A DNA stretch of 64,000 nucleotides from Convolutriloba macropyga (taxonomy: Eukaryota), in assembly GCF_964194025.1 (NCBI RefSeq), contig NC_134470.1, forward strand, positions 76,508,001 through 76,572,000. The letters are read 5' to 3'. The notes beneath the pieces were generated by a model. It was not told where the DNA came from. It worked only from the letters and a program-made list of their open reading frames with translations, and did no database searches. The translations under genes were made by a program, and so were the position numbers. Below, one piece after another: positions 60,742 to 64,000 of this stretch (position 1 is its first letter; each line of letters opens with the position of its first letter).

Positions 60742-60879
60742 GGATCTCTTCCGTTTGTCCCCCCCCCCCCCCCCCCCAGGTAAGTGGGTGCATATTATTT
60801 GCACACCCTCCCCCCAGATGCACGTGCTCTCTAACGGGGGGTTTTCTGAACGTACTGGGGGCACAAACGGAAAAGATCC
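60742..60879. mobile_element. MITE of the GGATCTTTTCC-TIR family with an 8-bp TSD (Merlin- or Mutator-like)
   Basis: ggatctcttccgtttgtccccc / gggggcacaaacggaaaagatcc. TSD caattttt at 60734-60741 and 60880-60887. Related ends at ~56957-56981, ~57093-57120 and 62749-62901. Confidence 0.8.
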
Positions 60880-60943
60880 CAATTTTTTATTTGTTTAGTG
60901 ATTTGTTTCTCAGTGATTTGTTTAGTTGGGTGTGTATATTTAG

Positions 60944-61089
60944 ACATATCTGATGGGATTGCTGCATGACTCGGTGTTTACTAAACTGTACAACCTTGAG
61001 AAGAGTGCAGAGATAGAGTTCAACAAGCAGTACCTCCACTACTCTGACAAAGTCACCTACAAGACACTTCAGCTTGACAGAAAACACTG
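60944..61089 (+). CDS. ANKRD27: ANKRD27 coding exon 6 (start of the VPS9 region); the gene continues beyond this exon
   Basis: TYLMGLLHDSVFTKLYNLEKSAEIEFNK corresponds to IYVHHEIYNLIFKYVGTMEASEDAAFNK. tttag acceptor and TG|gtgagt donor. Confidence 0.83.
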
Positions 61090-61219
61090 GTGAGTGATTA
61101 GCAACTAGCGAAAAGTGCAAATAGTGTATTAATCATGCTCTAGTAACCAACAAAGTTAATATCAGTAAAAAGTTAGCCGACCATTATGTTGTGTCATTTG
61201 TGACCAAATTGTGTTCCAA

Positions 61220-61401
61220 CCCTAGTTGAAACTGGATGATTATCTTCCAAAATCTGACCGAAAAAGGATAATCTTGCATGATTCTGGCAGAAAAATGGTT
61301 GAAATCTTGTAGGAATCTGCCAGAAATTTCTGGCAGAAGATGCAAAGTCTTGTAAGAATCTGCCAGATTCCTACAAGATAACCATCCATTCTCGACTAGG
61401 G
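61220..61401. mobile_element. MITE with CCC...GGG termini and a 2-bp AA TSD (animal EnSpm/CMC-like)
   Basis: 27-bp TIRs ccctagttgaaactggatgattatctt / aagataaccatccattctcgactaggg, with internal tcttg..gaatctgccaga subrepeats. Confidence 0.72.
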
Positions 61402-61602
61402 AAGCAGAAATTCTGACCAAAAATGTCCTGCACAAATTGATTTGACTATTTTGAAGCAAATGGAGAATTTGCATGACCGTTTTGATCCAATGCTGTTCAA
61501 TATATAAATCGTTTAAAGTCGGTGGAGTGATTGTCATTCAAATTAAGGCGGCCTGCGTTTAATTTTGTGAAGTAAAAATGCTATCAGTTGAGTCGTCTTG
61601 TG

Positions 61603-61960
61603 AATCGCTCTCAAATACAATTCTAAGCTTTTATTTGGACCCTGGTGGACCTCCATTTTAAACTGGATATGCTATGTTTAGCTTAATTTTAATATGAAGA
61701 TCTTTCTGACTTTTTTGACCTCAAAACGAGATTGACTGGTAAAAACAGAGGTCATTAAGTTCGGTGCTCGTAGAGTGCTGCTAGTCTCTAAGTATACGAT
61801 TCATCAAAACTGCTGGTTAGGTTAAGTTTCATGATTTGGGCGTCATATTGGATGACGGTTTGACCCACTTGGCAAGGCTAGCTGAATTATACTCAAAGCT
61901 ACCTACCAACAAAAGCCGAGTCATTTGAAAGCAATTCGCCCAACTTTTGTGAGTTATGAT
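61603..61960 (+). mobile_element. HINE family B, degenerate
   Basis: aatcgctctcaaa ... gtcatttgaaagcaattcgcccaac. Internal modules resemble 42601-42996. Confidence 0.5.
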
Positions 61961-63239
61961 TCTTTTATCTCCTTAATTCGATCCCAATTGCTGACAAAAG
62001 TAATAATAAGAGGCGCTTATTTTAAACAATCAGACTACTACGCTGTGGAATTCGTTTGTCTGACTTTTGGTATCTCGTTTCCATTCTGGGTGCTATCGTT
62101 CTCTTTGTTTTGTTAAAATAGCTGTTAGGTTTTTACCTTAAAATACATTTAAAAATTTTACTTCAATTCAGGACAGGCCTTGGCACAGATCTTTTTGCAA
62201 GCTTTGAGTTTTCAACCTGCGTGAAAAATATTTCGACGTATTTTTTATGCTTGAGATCTATCAGACAAACGTTTAGTTGTTTAATTGTGTTGTCTCGGCT
62301 ATTGGAAAACCTATTGTGATCCTAAAATAGAAGTCAGATGAGAAGTCAAAATTTTCGAGTTAAAAAAAGTGCATAAGAATTCCAAAATAATTGCTAAGAA
62401 TTTCTACAAGAACCAATCAATTACACCAGTTTCGGAAAAAATGCCACAAAATAAACGCCCACTTGACTTCTAACGAGCTGTGCATTTAGCGCGTTTGGCC
62501 ATGCCTTAGCGGCCCGTGGGACTTGATATGAAACTATTACAACCGAACAAATTATCACGGCCAAAATTCAAATTTATAATCATGACACATGTACACAAAA
62601 TGGCAATCAAAATCAAAAACCTGCATCCATTGCGATTGTCAGTAGGGAATAAATTTTGAAAAGACATGGTTAGAGCAAGTACAAAACGCTCTGCCATTCA
62701 TTTTTTCGATAATTTTTGATAATAAGACTAATTTCTCTAAAATAAGTAGGATCTGTTCCGCGTGTGCCCTCGCTTAGTTGGTGCATATTACTTGCAACCC
62801 CAAGTGAATAGGCTATGTTGTCACATAATGATTGCTATGTTATGGCAGTTCTTCTATAGCTGGGGGTGGAGACCCGCATAAGGGCCACAAACGGAAACGA
62901 TGAAATAAGCTTTTTTTCCTAATTAGTAAACAACTTGAAAAGCTGATAATTTTTTCATTTTTTAATTGCTGTAAGCAACTCTTCCCAAAATTTGTTCGCT
63001 ACTGACAATGATTTACTATGTTAACCTAATTTTTGTGGTAAACGTATTAAATAGATTTGAAATTATAAGTCTTGCAAGAGTGGTCTCTCCGTGGAGAGAA
63101 TTTTAGAGTCGAGCATTGTATGCCACCACCTACCTCAGTGATTGTGTAGTGTTCGTAGAACACGAACCTGGACAGGATAGCTTGACCCCAACTGCAACTC
63201 CCCGTGCGACCCCGCTTCACAGCCCCCTTCTTTCTTGGA

Positions 63240-63362
63240 ACGTTGTGCTTGGAACCTCAACGACGAAATACATTACAGGCTGTGGCATCGGCGCAACAGT
63301 TCACTCTTTTTGCGGTGCAACTATGCGGGACCTCATTAACATTGTGCAGCAATGCAACCCTT
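63240..63362 (+). pseudogene. SGNH/esterase-like ORF1 relic of a CR1/L2-type LINE
   Basis: NVVLGTSTTKYI...TVHSFCGATMRDL resembles the LINE ORF1 esterase pattern (hhhGDS...V..FPGAT..Dh). Confidence 0.5.
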
Positions 63363-64000
63363 TAATTATTTGTTCTGTGGCTTTAATGATCATTCTGCTG
63401 AAAATTTTTGCTTCATTGAATGTTAAACTCCTAATTGATCTCATTAGGTTTGAGTTCAATTCATCATTCCTAAACTCATATATCAATTAACAGTCGTTTG
63501 ATTAACCATAAGCTATATTTGAAAAATTTGTCCATTTATAAATTGATTTATTGTTTCCCTCATGTTATCTCCCCTATTTTAATATATCGCCTTTGTTGTT
63601 TTGTCGTGATGATGTTCATTTTTCTTATATTGGTAATTGCGTATTGTCATCTAGACTTTTCTTTAATTAGTTTATTTGTTTATTTCACCGATTTAGCCTT
63701 CCTTCTCCGACATTCCGTCCCTATGTCTGGACAGACGCTTTGCTCGAACTGTCTCAAAAACCGCTCAAGAAGGTTTTTGGTGATACTCATGAGGTACCTA
63801 TACGCATGTCCAATGTAGTGGACTTCGATATGCACGCGAACACCACGATGACTTCGAATGCCAGAACTGCCCGAATACACGCACGCGCGAGCCACTAAAA
63901 GCCGAGACACCAGCTAGCTCAGGCGTGAATGCGATAATCGCAGCCTACCCAACCCCTGCATCCCTACCCATGTAACCCACAACCCTGCTCTCATAGCCCT

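Noticed and set aside
63696-63897. Candidate ANKRD27 exon 7 (phase-2 acceptor gatttag)
   Set aside because: The translation shows no resemblance to the expected VPS9 segment. More likely transposon-derived. Exon 7 probably lies beyond the window.

Overview
AT-rich, intron-rich eukaryotic DNA, most likely from an invertebrate metazoan (the taxon cannot be determined from the sequence). I reconstructed five spliced genes by hand. (1) The last two coding exons of an unidentified gene (48-206, 2042-2283, +). (2) A short protein with a C-terminal telobox Myb domain, TRF-like (probable exons 14471-14660 and 20419-20918, +). (3) A complete 5-exon histamine N-methyltransferase (30873-28390, -). (4) ZNF593/Bud20 (45259-45535, 49121-49206, +). 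(5) The first six coding exons of ANKRD27/VARP (52277-61089, +). The rest is mostly transposon-derived: a young, 5'-truncated RTE-like non-LTR retrotransposon with a 10-bp TSD (15099-17861); about 25 non-autonomous Helentron-type (HINE/DINE-1-like) elements in three terminal families (A, B, C); several TIR MITEs; decayed LINE relics; a possible Polinton polymerase relic; and a 1.33-kb triplication. Most interesting observations: (a) family-B elements carry a tRNA-like Pol III unit (A box, B box at a fixed 44-nt spacing, T-run); (b) every family A/B copy I found has the same orientation; (c) elements with different termini share an internal ~168-bp tandem array; (d) two introns need non-canonical GC donors, possibly both AG|GCTAG; (e) all four gene starts have a splice acceptor just upstream, which hints at trans-splicing. 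All homology calls come from recalled motifs and were not checked by database search.
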